Assembly: GCA_010093745.1 (NCBI GenBank)
Contig: MU005965.1
Location: 372,001-419,309 of the forward strand
From: Piedraia hortae CBS 480.64
Lineage: Eukaryota
Reading direction: 5' to 3'
DNA: 47,309 nt
Shown here: in pieces, positions 1 through 11,116 of the stretch
How positions within the stretch are numbered: the first letter of the stretch is position 1
How the letters are laid out: each line of letters begins with the position of its first letter
Program-made: the position numbers and the translations under genes
The notes under the pieces: model-generated
Told to the model about the DNA's origin: nothing
The model's input: the letters and a program-made list of their open reading frames with translations, nothing else
Databases searched by the model: none

Positions 1-540
1 CAAGTTACCCTAAAGGATACCATCACTTAGACGACATTGGATGAACAAGAGTATGAAGGCGAGCTTTGCTTGTAGACGACGCAGATTTGGTAGACGTTCT
101 AACTGGATCTACACGCCATTCAGGCGGGCTGCATACGAACCAACAGATATGTGGGACGACCATGGTTTTTCCCCCCCTTCAAAGTCCGACGGACTCAGGG
201 GACGACTTGGAATATAGTGCCCGCAGTTGACCGAGGCGAGCCTCAAAGTGCTGCTTGTTCTTAAACTTGTCGACGAGAGCTGACTACAGGAGAGCCAGCC
301 CTATGTCTCGTCGAACTGTCGCAGCACATGCCGAGCGCGCGCCCGACGTGCACTGGACACAAGTCTGTGATGTTGAAGAGAAGGAGAAATTTGGAAGTCG
401 TGGGGACAAAAGTGTGGAGCATAAGCACGCTAGCCGAAACAGGTAGACTAGCAGTACACTAGCCGAATGGGGAAGACTGCCGACGACAGGGGATTACCAA
501 ACAGTCGGCCAGACAGCGCCCACGCAACGCATCATATACA

Positions 541-2391
541 ATGGATGCAGCTCAGATAGAGGCGATGAATCAGGTCCGTGCCTCTCTTGGCATGGCGCCG
601 CTGCCCGTACCGGGTGTGGGAGCGACACACGAGGCAGACGCAAGCGACGATGATTTCAGCACGCTTGAAAAGCGTGAGGCTGCAGGCGCATCCAACTTCC
701 AGCGGCTGGAGAAGGAAAGACAAGACAAGATCGAGCGCGAGCAGCGGAAGGCGCAGGCAATGAAGGCCCGAGAGATGGCCCAGCGACATGCGAAACTAAA
801 AGGCAAGGGACTGGGGGATGAAGATGAGGAAGGGGACCAGGATACCAGGAGCTGGCTGCTTGGGCAGAAAAAGAGGCAGAAAGAAATCGAAAAAGCCCGT
901 AAAATGGAGGCCGAGCTGGCCGAAAGGTTAAAGGCAGAGGCGGCGGAATACACCTCCAAGGACCTTGCGGGCGCCCTCATTGCGCACGACGTGGCTGACT
1001 TTGACGATGATGCCGAACACATTCTCACACTCAAGGATGCCGTTATTGGCGAAGATAGCGGCGAGGACGAGCTGGAGAGCTCGGTGCTCCGAGCAAAAGA
1101 GAAATTGGAGGAGAATCTGAAACGAAAAAAGAAGCGGCCTGCGTACGATCCAACGGAGCAGAATGAGGATCAGGCGATTCTGTCAAAGTATGATGAGGAA
1201 ATTGAAGGCAAGAAACAGAAACGCTTCGCTCTAGGCGCCCAGGGCCAAGCTGTGGAAGAGACCGTGGAAGCAGAAACCTCGGGGAAGGGAATCAAGATAA
1301 ATCTGGATATGTTGGATGAGACCAAGCCCGTATCAGACTATTTGGAGCCAACCAAGTTCAAGGTTAAAAAGCCGAAGAAGAAGAACATCAAACGAAGGGA
1401 GGAGAGGGACGATGGGCTGGAGACAGGGGATTTGCCCGTGGCAATGGATGTGGACGAGAATGCTGTAGCTAGAAAACGCCCACTCGAGGTTGACGACGAC
1501 GATCTCCAGGATCGATTAGCGCAGCAGCGGCAAAAGACCCTCAAGAAGCGCAAGAAGATGGACGCCGCTGAATTGGCACGACAAATGCGGGATGAAATGC
1601 AAGTCGATGAGCAAAACGATGAAGAAGGCGGCGTCATCGTCGACGAGACCACCGAGTTTATCGCCGGTCTGAGGAAGCCCGAGCTGGACGCCGAGAGGCC
1701 TTTGCACGCCCGGGCTGCGTCTGATGATAAGGACGAGGAAATACAGGACGTGGGAATCAAGCAAGAAACAGCAGCAGCAAAAGCCGGAGAAGGACCGGAG
1801 CTCTCAACAACTGGCCTCGAAGAAGAGACTATGGTTGGAAATCAAGGAATTGGCGCCATGATGTCGATGCTGCGGAAACGTGGCATTGTTGGTGACTCAG
1901 ACTCTGCACTCCAAACCGAAAAGGAACGACAGCGGGCAAGACTGAAGGCGGAGATGGAGCGGTTGGCTCAGGACTACGATGCCAAAGCCCGGGCTCAACG
2001 CGAAGCTGATCGGCGGAATGGTCGATACGCGCGCCTCTCAAACCAGGAGCGTGATGAATACAACAGGAAGCAAAACGAGGCCAGGGAGCTACATTTGGCT
2101 CGGCTCGAAGCAGACTTGTATGCTAGGGAATATCGGCCAGACGTAAGGCTAGAGTATTACGACGAGAACGGGCGAGCAATGACGCCCAAAGAGGCCTTCA
2201 AGCACCTCAGCCATAAATTCCACGGAAAAGGATCAGGCAAGAAGAAAACGGATAAACGATTGAAAAAGATTGCAGACGAGCAAAAGGAGAGGAACAAGAG
2301 CATTTTCCACACTGGGGAGGGAAGTGGGCTCGACATTGGGCAGGAGCGGGAAGGGCGCAAGCAGAATCAAGCTGGTGTGCGGTTGCAATAG
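541..2391 (+). CDS. SNU66: U4/U6.U5 tri-snRNP protein, SART-1/Snu66 family (616 aa)
   Basis: Intronless ORF. N-terminal HIND-like 'IEAMNQVRASLGMAPL', 'ILTLKD', 'ILSKYDEEIEG', and C-terminal 'YYDENGRAMTPKEAFKHLSHKFHGKGSGKKK' typical of SART-1. Confidence 0.93.
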   Translation: MDAAQIEAMNQVRASLGMAPLPVPGVGATHEADASDDDFSTLEKREAAGASNFQRLEKERQDKIEREQRKAQAMKAREMAQRHAKLKGKGLGDEDEEGDQDTRSWLLGQKKRQKEIEKARKMEAELAERLKAEAAEYTSKDLAGALIAHDVADFDDDAEHILTLKDAVIGEDSGEDELESSVLRAKEKLEENLKRKKKRPAYDPTEQNEDQAILSKYDEEIEGKKQKRFALGAQGQAVEETVEAETSGKGIKINLDMLDETKPVSDYLEPTKFKVKKPKKKNIKRREERDDGLETGDLPVAMDVDENAVARKRPLEVDDDDLQDRLAQQRQKTLKKRKKMDAAELARQMRDEMQVDEQNDEEGGVIVDETTEFIAGLRKPELDAERPLHARAASDDKDEEIQDVGIKQETAAAKAGEGPELSTTGLEEETMVGNQGIGAMMSMLRKRGIVGDSDSALQTEKERQRARLKAEMERLAQDYDAKARAQREADRRNGRYARLSNQERDEYNRKQNEARELHLARLEADLYAREYRPDVRLEYYDENGRAMTPKEAFKHLSHKFHGKGSGKKKTDKRLKKIADEQKERNKSIFHTGEGSGLDIGQEREGRKQNQAGVRLQ

Positions 2392-3061
2392 ACGTTAGAT
2401 TGACGTCGACCGGTCAACCGCCTGTCATTAGTGTGACAGAAAACATACGTAATCTCCGCAGAGTTTCACTTCGCCGTTGTAGAGCTTAATGACAGCATCA
2501 ATTAGCCCTCCAGCCACTCTATCTGAAGCCCGGGTGTAGGCAAAAGAAACAAGAGTTCATCTTGTTTCCAACCACCCGTAACCAATAGCAACGTCGGCCA
2601 CGGGCCTTGTCGGGCCGGCCTAACGCGCCCAGCAGGTTTTCGGAAATGACGTCAGCTTGACAGGTGCCTGGGCGCTTCGGCGCAACCAGCTCGGATCGGT
2701 GGGAGGTAGAAGAAAAACGGTAGACAGATAGTGACAGAGCCAGTGCGCAGTGGCGCGGCGGGTGGATTGAGGCAACCACAGTCGCACACGAAGCGTGGAC
2801 GAGCGGGCAAATTGAGGGAAATTTGGGGACATACAGGCTGTGTCACTGTTTTGGTCTGCAGCCTACCGCGCATCGCTGGTCCTAGTCACACGCTAACGCC
2901 CGGGCCCCCGCTGCTTTCGCTCATAAGCGCCTCTCTTCTTCTTTTTTCTTCTCTCACCCACACTCGCACTTCCACACACACACAACATCTTCCCCAAACA
3001 CTCCACATCACCAAGCCTCTTACACCTTCCCAACACACATCCTTCTGCAAACACTCTCAAG

Positions 3062-4067
3062 ATGCGCACCCAGATGATGCTTGGCGCCTTCGCGGCCATG
3101 GTACTTGCTCAGAGCCAGCAGGGTAAGTTGTCGCGCATGGTCGATCGATGTAAATGCTAACAAAGCGGCAGATACGGTTACGGTTACCACCTCCGCTCCC
3201 GCCACCAGCGGTAGCAGTAGCAGTGGCAGTGGCAGTGGCAGTGGAAGTGAAAGTGGCAGCAGCAGTGATGGTCCTGCCTACGGTGTTCTCTCCTGCGCCA
3301 TCTACCCCTGCACCCCTAGTGGTTCGGGTGCTGCGGGATCTACCTCCGGCTCGGGCGAGTCTTCTCAGGCCACAGCTGCGTCTGTCCTCTCCAGCGCTGC
3401 CCAGTCTGCACAGTCTGGCAGTGAGTCCGGCGCCGCCCCGTCGACCATGGTGACGTCTGCCTCGCCTGCAGCGTCTGATGCCTCTCAGTCTGGCTCATCC
3501 AGCGGTGGATCTGGCACCACCGTCGTTCCTGTCGTTGTCCCGGTTCCCGTCGTCACTAGCGCTTCTGGCGCCTCCGGAGCTTCTGATGCTTCCGCTACCT
3601 CTGGCGCTTCTGCCACTTCTGGTGCAACCGACAGCGCTGGCCAGGCCTCTGGTACCGACGCGTCCCAGTCCAGCGGAGGTAGTAATGGCGGCGCTGCCGG
3701 CGGTGTGGTCCCCGCCGCAACTGGCGGATCTGGCGCGTCCACTGATGCTGGAAGCACTGGTGCTCAGGCCACCCCTTCGGGTACCGACGCTAGCGCAACT
3801 GCCGCCGACTCTGGCGCTGCTCAGTCCTCTGGTGCCCAGTCTTCGGACGCTCAGTCGTCCGGCGCGCAGTCATCTGGAGGATCTGAATCGTCTGGTGCCC
3901 AATCATCTGGCGGCGCTTCGGACACTGCCGCTCAGTCTGGTGGTGCTCAGCAGTCTGGTGCCGCCGCTTCATCGTCTGGATCTGGCGGCGGCAACAGTGG
4001 CGCAATGTCACTGACGATCCCGATCGGTGGTGTTATTGCCATGGCTGCAGCTCTGGTTGCCTTTTAA
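3062..4067 (+). CDS. Secreted Ser/Gly/Ala-rich, probably GPI-anchored cell-surface protein; join(3062..3122,3172..4067)
   Basis: ATG 3062 gives signal peptide MRTQMMLGAFAAMVLAQ. 49-nt intron GTAAGT...GCTAAC...CAG (3123-3171) joins it in frame to the long ORF. Low-complexity S/G/A body with GAQSS repeats; C-terminal GPI-like 'GNSGAMSLTIPIGGVIAMAAALVAF'. Confidence 0.85.
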
Positions 4068-4721
4068 ATCATACCCGACCCACTGACGATGGACGACGAT
4101 GTGAGCGCGGGCGTTTTTGGGGTTTATGAGTAGTCGTATGATAATACTGTAATGCTGCCAGATGTGTTGTGTGGTCTCAACTGTTCCTTTCTCCTGAATG
4201 TGCGATGACATTGCCATCTGTAATTGAGGGTGCAACCGTAGATGCAGGGACATTGCATAATGTTTTCTGGAGTGCCTGGTTCCTGGCAGCCTGGCCTCGT
4301 ATTCCCCGCCACTTGGTGCATATTGCTTATTGTTAGATGGTTGGTCAAGTGACTCTAGGAAAGGGAAACGGCTGGGGGGATCCACACCGACTCCACAAAG
4401 TTCACCGGAGCAATTAGTCATGGAGATTGGCGTTCTAAGCACACCTTCCGGAGCGAGCTAGGCAGCTGCAAGTCAAGGTTAAAATGGCCACTTTCTTGGC
4501 TGTTTGGCTTTTTAACAATGCGGAAACTGCATCTTATCATCGCGTTCCTCCTGCAGCTGGCGTCATGCAATGTCAAAAAGCAAGCGTATGCTATGACAGC
4601 CGTCTACGATAAGGACGTCCTCCTTGCAGGGTGCTTACACCGAGGAACCTACTTGGAAATAGTGTATGATATAATATGGCCATGGCTTGTGCCTTGTTCC
4701 CCCTTTCTCACGCTCTTCATC

Positions 4722-6617
4722 ATGTTGTTCCATAGGGCCGTTGCCGTCTTTCTCGCTGCTGCGTGGTCAGTGGAGGCGTTTGGTGGCTCTCGCCAACCCC
4801 TTCTACCCAAGAGACACCAAGACAGGCGGTCTATTGACAATGCTGTAAGGTTGCTGAAGAGGCAATACTATCCTGCCGACGCGACGGACGTCAAGACGAT
4901 AAAGACACCAACAGGTGTGCAAATTCGCTACAAGGAACCCGGCAAGGAGGGTGTGTGTGAGACCACAAAAGGAGTCAATAGCTACTCTGGATACATTGAT
5001 CTCGCTCCAAACGTCCATGTGTTTTTCTGGTTTTTCGAATCGCGTTCAAACCCTGCCAAGGACGACTTTACTCTCTGGCTCAATGGCGGTCCCGGTTCTG
5101 ACAGCTTGATTGGCCTCTTCCAGGAGTTGGGACCTTGCCGTATCACTGAAGAACTGAAGTCGGTTGTGAATCCGTGGAGTTGGAACAAAGTGTCTAACAT
5201 GCTCTTCCTGTCGCAACCGGTGGGTGTGGGCTTCTCGTATCAAGAGGAAGGGATTGGCAGTTTCAATAACGCTACCGGTGCTTTCCTCAACGCTTCTGAG
5301 GCTCCGCCAACGGGAAGATATCCGGTTCTTGACCCGATTGACGAAAACACCATTGATACCACTGACTTGGCTGCAGTCGCTGCTTGGCACATTCTTCAGG
5401 GCTTCCTTTCTGGACTTGGCTCCCTTGATAGCAAAATCGGTACTAAGAAGAACTTCAATCTCTGGACCGAGTCTTACGGTGGTCACTATGGCCCGTCCTT
5501 TTACCATTACTTTTACGACCAAAACAAGTCCATCCAAAACGGCAGCGTCAAAGGCTACCCGATGAACTTTAACTCGCTTGGTGTTGGAAACGGCATCATT
5601 GATGCGCGTATCCAGGCAAGCCATTACTACGAATTCGCGGTGAACAACACGTACGGCATCAAGGCCTACAACGACACGGTCTACAACTATGCCAAGTTTG
5701 CCAATATCATGTACAACGGCTGTCAGGATCAGATCCTCTACTGTCGTGAAGCGGCGCAGGGTCTCAATGGGGGCTACGTTGACGACAGCATCACTACAGT
5801 GGCATCATCCCATCAGGATGTCGATGCCGTTTGTGCCGAAGCACTTGCCATGTGCCGGGACAATGTCGAGGGAGTTTACTACTCTTATGGTGAACGTGGC
5901 GTGTATGATATTCGGCACCCATACGACGATCCCACGCCGCCTTCCTACTTTGAGGACTATCTCAACCAGGGCCATATCCAAAACGCCATTGGGGTCAACC
6001 TCAACTACACCGAGGCCAACAATGACATCTACTGGCGATTTCAAGCTACGGGAGACTTTGTTTACAACAACTACATCCCAGACCTCGAGGAGCTTCTGGA
6101 TCAGGGCGTTCGCGTTAGTCTTTATTACGGTGACGCAGACTACATTTGCAACTGGTTCGGTGGCCAGGCCGTCTCGGAAGCCATTAACTACACGCACGCT
6201 GCACAGTTCAGGGCATCTGGCTATGCCCCGCTTGTATACAACGGCATCGAGTACGGCGAAGTGCGACAATACGGCAACTTCTCGTTCACGCGAGTGTACG
6301 AGGCCGGACACTTTGTACCTTACCACCAACCCCAGGCAGCGTTTGCACTCTTCAACCGTACCATCCACCACGTAGCGTTGGCTGATGGGCTAACGCCGGT
6401 GACGGGGACTTATGGTACAAAGGGCGAGGCCAATGCCACGCATACGGAAAAGTTCCCGCCGCTCCCGCCGACAGACAGCGCAGCTTATGCATCGTACTCG
6501 AAGAGCGTTGCCTCGTACTATGACTCCTTGGACAACACAACGCCCACGGGCAGCGTGAAAGCGTCTGCCACGGTGGTCCCGACTGGATATGGGCCGAAAC
6601 ATAATACTACTGCTTAG
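4722..6617 (+). CDS. Secreted serine carboxypeptidase, peptidase family S10 (carboxypeptidase S1-like)
   Basis: Motifs WLNGGPGSDS, TESYGGHYGP (catalytic Ser), YGDADYICNW (Asp), YEAGHFVP (His). Start placed at ATG 4722 because it gives a signal peptide (MLFHRAVAVFLAAAWSVEA). Confidence 0.92.
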   Translation: MLFHRAVAVFLAAAWSVEAFGGSRQPLLPKRHQDRRSIDNAVRLLKRQYYPADATDVKTIKTPTGVQIRYKEPGKEGVCETTKGVNSYSGYIDLAPNVHVFFWFFESRSNPAKDDFTLWLNGGPGSDSLIGLFQELGPCRITEELKSVVNPWSWNKVSNMLFLSQPVGVGFSYQEEGIGSFNNATGAFLNASEAPPTGRYPVLDPIDENTIDTTDLAAVAAWHILQGFLSGLGSLDSKIGTKKNFNLWTESYGGHYGPSFYHYFYDQNKSIQNGSVKGYPMNFNSLGVGNGIIDARIQASHYYEFAVNNTYGIKAYNDTVYNYAKFANIMYNGCQDQILYCREAAQGLNGGYVDDSITTVASSHQDVDAVCAEALAMCRDNVEGVYYSYGERGVYDIRHPYDDPTPPSYFEDYLNQGHIQNAIGVNLNYTEANNDIYWRFQATGDFVYNNYIPDLEELLDQGVRVSLYYGDADYICNWFGGQAVSEAINYTHAAQFRASGYAPLVYNGIEYGEVRQYGNFSFTRVYEAGHFVPYHQPQAAFALFNRTIHHVALADGLTPVTGTYGTKGEANATHTEKFPPLPPTDSAAYASYSKSVASYYDSLDNTTPTGSVKASATVVPTGYGPKHNTTA

Positions 6618-6788
6618 ATAGCCCAATAATTAATTGATTTATCCATGTGACGAGTCGCAGCAAAGGAAGGGGGTGGTCAAGGGTGGGGGGATGGGGGTAT
6701 GCTAGCGGAAAGGTTCCGCACAAATGCCAAGCCGTGGCAGTCCACACAAAAAACGCAGCACGGCAGGCCACACTCGACGCACACCACC

Positions 6789-7615
6789 ATGAAGCTCAAC
6801 ATCTCCTTCCCGGCCAACGGGACGCAGAAGCTGATTGAAGTCGATGATGAGCGCCGACTACGCGTGTTCATGGACCGCCGTATGGGCCAGGAGGTGCCCG
6901 GCGACAGCGTCGGCGACGAGTTCAAGGGCTACATTTTCCGCATCACGGGCGGTAACGACAAGCAAGGTTTCCCCATGAAGCAGGGTGTTATGACGGCCAC
7001 GCGTGTGCGTCTGCTCCTTAGCGACGGCCACAGCTGCTATCGCCCTCGCCGCACCGGTGAGCGCAAGCGCAAGAGCGTCCGCGGCTGCATTGTTGGCATG
7101 GATCTGTCGGTGCTGGCGCTTGCCATCGTCAAGAAGGGCGACGGAGAGATTCCCGGCCTCACGGACACGGTGCACCCCAAGCGCCTCGGCCCCAAGCGGG
7201 CTACCAAGATCCGCCGCTTCTTTGGTCTCAGCAAGGAGGATGATGTGAGTCGTCTCCTCGCCAACCATTCGTGGTTGAGTCTGAGCGCTAACCCGACCAG
7301 GTGCGCAAATTTGTTATCCGTCGCGAGGTGCAGCCCAAGAAGGAGGGCGCCAAGCCTTACACCAAGGCCCCGCGCATCCAGCGCCTGGTCACGCCGCAGC
7401 GCCTCCAGCACAAACGTCACCGCATTGCCCTCAAGCGCCGCCAAGCTGAGAAGAGCAAGGACGCCGCCGTACGTTTCCACTTCCCTGAGGACTATGGCAG
7501 TCTTAGCTAATGTGTACAGAATGAATACGCGCAAATTATGCACAAGCGTGTTAACGAGGAAAAGGCCAAGCTGGCGGAACTCCGTAAACGACGGGCATCT
7601 AGTATGCACAAGTAG
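6789..7615 (+). CDS. RPS6: 40S ribosomal protein eS6; join(6789..7244,7301..7468,7520..7615), 239 aa
   Basis: [14 protein letters not shown]...[14 protein letters not shown]...RKSVRGCIV. Introns GTGAGT..GCTAAC..CAG (56 nt) and GTACGT..GCTAAT..CAG (51 nt) restore the frame through to the RRASSMHK phosphorylation tail. Confidence 0.97.
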
Positions 7616-7793
7616 GGAGGTAGCGAGCGGCGTTGTTTCTGCGGAGGTGCCAGCCCAGTGTTCGTGTTCCTGTTCGTCTGGAGATGTCGCAGTAGTTTGT
7701 CACGGGACCACCAACAACCGAATCCGTTGTAAGAATCAGCAGGCAACGCATGTAGAAATCAACGTCAGCTACAATCCTACAATCCACTTCACA

Positions 7794-8879
7794 ATGACAG
7801 TCTACCTCCCCGACGAACTAATCCTCGAAATCCTCGGCCACATAACAGCGCAACGCGACCTCTGGTCCTGCAGCCTCATCAATCGGGCGTGGAACTCATG
7901 CACCGTAACACTACTCTACCGCCGACCGGACCTCTACGGTAAGAATCTCGACCCCTTCGTCCGGACAATCTGTCCCAGCATCAACGCGCGCATCCAGCAT
8001 AGCGCGCTCGCGACGCTCGTGCGGGAACTCGACCTCTCAAAGCTAGTCCACCAAGGCAGCAAGAGCGTTACCGCGCGTCTCCTCGGGCGGGTCAAACCCG
8101 AGCTTCAACTCTTCATCGCGCCGCAAGCGACCTTCTCCGTCGCATGTTGGCCGGCTCTCTCCCGCTGTGCAAAACTCCAAGCCCTAGACCTTAGTCTCAT
8201 AAGTGAAGCCCCCGCCACGAATGACCTCCTCCGCACAGTCGCGAAGCTGAACGCTTTGCGTGATCTCCGTCTGCCGAGATCAGCAGTCTCGTGGAGGGGC
8301 AGAGTCGCTACCGCGACGCCCGTCCCCTGGCCGAAAGGGCTGGTCAGGTTGACGATCAGTGGCGGCGTCTTGGGTTCGACGACGACGCTGGCAACCCTGC
8401 CAGGATCACTGAGAGAATTGGAGTTATCGCATTGTCCCCACGCGAGAGCGGGCGACGTCTTGGGATTCCTAAGAGAGAACATCGCCGACGGAGTAGAGAC
8501 CCTCACGGTGAGGGATATGCCTCTCCTCGCGAACAGTGACACTGGACCACTCGACAATCTATTCGCCATCCTCCCCAACCTGCGACGGTTAATTACCAGC
8601 GTGGACTACCTGACCGACAAAATATTCGACACCTCCGCCCCTTTGCTCGAGACCCTAGAACTCAGCCTCGGCGCGGCATCCATCTCGGAAGAAAAACTCC
8701 TACCCATGGACCTGTTGTTAGCCCTCATCGAGAAAAAAACCCTTCCCTCCCTCCGCCTCCTCCGCGCCTCAAAGTCTCTCGCATGGGACTCCCCCTCCGA
8801 CGCCGACGACCTACACCATCTCGTCCAACTCCTCGAATCACGCGATAGCAATCAACCCAAAGGCGTCTGGGTAATTTAA
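7794..8879 (+). CDS. F-box/leucine-rich-repeat protein (361 aa), resembles the yeast YDR306C family
   Basis: N-terminal F-box '[13 protein letters not shown]...[12 protein letters not shown]...LLYRRP' followed by LRR-like [23 protein letters not shown]. Confidence 0.85.
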   Translation: MTVYLPDELILEILGHITAQRDLWSCSLINRAWNSCTVTLLYRRPDLYGKNLDPFVRTICPSINARIQHSALATLVRELDLSKLVHQGSKSVTARLLGRVKPELQLFIAPQATFSVACWPALSRCAKLQALDLSLISEAPATNDLLRTVAKLNALRDLRLPRSAVSWRGRVATATPVPWPKGLVRLTISGGVLGSTTTLATLPGSLRELELSHCPHARAGDVLGFLRENIADGVETLTVRDMPLLANSDTGPLDNLFAILPNLRRLITSVDYLTDKIFDTSAPLLETLELSLGAASISEEKLLPMDLLLALIEKKTLPSLRLLRASKSLAWDSPSDADDLHHLVQLLESRDSNQPKGVWVI

Positions 8880-10945
8880 AACTCCACAACATTAGGCGTA
8901 GTAGGATACAGTGCCCCCGTCAACCCACCCATCCTTCGTCCCATCAAATCCTCTGTACTCGCAAGCCTAACCAAACTAGGCCTTTTCCTCCTCCCGCTCA
9001 TCCCCACCGTAGGCTTCCTAACCCGCGTAGCGGCAGTCGTCGAAGCCCTCCTCCTACTCCCACTCCTCCCCGCCACGGGCGTCACAACCCCGCTTCCACT
9101 AGCCGTACTTCCCCTCCTCGACTTCACGATCCTGATCTCCAGCGGTCCAGCACTACCCACCGGCAGGGAGAAGTAATCCTCCCCCCGCAAAGCATCCCTG
9201 CCCCCAACCCCATCCTTCATCCACCTGGCAGCTTGGAAAATATATTTCCACGCATCGGCATACAGCGCGACCATTTGCACGAACCCGTGCGAGATACCCG
9301 GGATGAGGTGCATTTCCACAAACCTTGACTCATCAAACACCTCCTCCGGGGGGATCAACCCCAACTCCTGCCGCTCTTTCCAGGCTATGTGTTTCGCCTG
9401 ACGCAGCCTTCCAGCAAAGATTACGGTATCGTCCACTAGAGGGTCGCGCTCGCCGGTGAGGAGATACGTCTTTGGGAAGCGGGCCAGGAGGGACTCTGGT
9501 GCCAAGAGGGGAGAGAGGAGGAAGTCGGTCGCAAAGTCAGGGCGGTTGAAAGGCCCAATGTACATGATTATCATGGCGCGCAGCATCTCGGGCGTGATGA
9601 TCCGGTCGTTGAAGTAGGAGATTTTGCTGGACATGGCGAGGCGGGTCCGGGTTTTGTTGCCCTTGTTGCCCTTGTTGCCCTTTTTGGTTGGGGGGTTGGG
9701 TGACTCGTCCTCGTCATCGCTGTTCTGGCGGGAATCGGGGGTTAGGCGGTGGTAATCGTCGGTTTTTCTGCGGATGATTGCACGGTTCGCGCGACGGCGT
9801 TCGGGAGCTTTGATGAGTTCCATTTGTTCGTCCGTCATCCAGTTGCTGATGTTCATGTCTAGGGCTGGGTAGATGCATACGAGGGTTTCGGGCAAGGGCA
9901 GGGCCATTTGGTGGCTTCGGGAGCCGGGGTGGTAGGAAGTATGAGGCGATTCCTGGAGGAGCATGAGGATAAGGCCTACGGCCAGGTTGCCGCCCGCGCT
10001 GTCTCCGCTTACGACGATGCGAGGGACCTGGGTCCCGCCTAGGCCGAGACACCGGCCCCGGCTGCTGATGACTGTGTGGTACGCGTCGTAGCATTCGTTT
10101 AGGGCGTAGGGATAGGGGTATTCGGGCGCTTTTTTGTAGTTGAGAGCTAGGACGGGGAGGCCGGTTTTGGCTGCCCACGCCATTAACTTGTCGTCGTGGC
10201 AGCGCGGGTCCATCGCTACGAAACCCCCGCCAGGGATGTCTAGGATGAGGTTCGTGTGTTCGCTCAGGTGTTTGAGGGTTCCGTCAAAGTAGAGCCATGC
10301 CTCGATCGGTTCGCGGTAGCTGCTTCCTGGAGGCCGCGGGATGCGCAGCTGGCGAGGCCGCACGCGCATCCATCGCGGCCTCAACGCTGAAGTCGCCGCC
10401 GCGAGGTACCGCGTCGTGGGCTTGTTCCAGCTCACGCGGAGGTGTTCTAGTGTCAGGCCGCCGCGCACCTTGCGCACCATCTCATCCGCCTGCTCGGCGC
10501 ATACGAGGTAGTAGACGCTGAAGATGAGACTGCAGATATCCCGCAGCCACTGCGGCCGCATGCGCATCGCCGTCCAGAACCCGGCATCCAGCGCTGTTGT
10601 AACCCATGTGGCGCGAAAGTAGCTGCGCGTGTAGAGATTCGCCAGCGGCTCAGGCGACTCCAGCCCGACCAGACGTCCAAAGTTGCGCCCAACGTACAAG
10701 GACAGGCTGAAGATGACAATCGCCCGCCATGTAGTCAGCCGTCGCGAGAGATATCGCGATAGTCGTCGAAAGCCTCGCGGTCCATGGGGATTGGACTTGG
10801 CGAGGTACAGTGACCATACCAGGACGACGCAGAAGACTTGATACTTGCGTAGCTGGACCGATGGTCGGCCGAGGACGTGGTCTGGATCTTAGCAGCTTAT
10901 TTTTTTTTTTTTTATCACTTTTGTTCTCATAACCATACCTATCAT
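8876..10945 (-). CDS. Hormone-sensitive-lipase-like alpha/beta hydrolase; complement(join(8876..10881,10939..10945))
   Basis: PGGGF oxyanion motif, GDSAGGNL nucleophile elbow, GERDPLVDD (Asp), SHGF (His). A 7-nt first exon plus a 57-nt GTATGG..GCTAAG..CAG intron gives the N-terminus [10 protein letters not shown]. Confidence 0.9.
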
Positions 10946-11116
10946 TTCTGTTCGCTTGGGGCATTGTCTGCGGTCATAAGGGTCATCTCATCCTCCTGGA
11001 CATGTGATGCTCATGTGATGCCGACGCCGTTTGGCAACGGCCGGACAAAGGTCCTTCATCATACAAAGGCGGTTGTCTTTTATCTTGAATACTTTTGCTC
11101 TCGTACATTCCAGACA

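Noticed and set aside
6699..8879. 726-aa ORF as a single annotated gene
   Set aside because: It is RPS6 exon 1 plus unspliced sequence plus a separate F-box gene; canonical splicing gives a normal 239-aa eS6. Kept only as a speculative finding.
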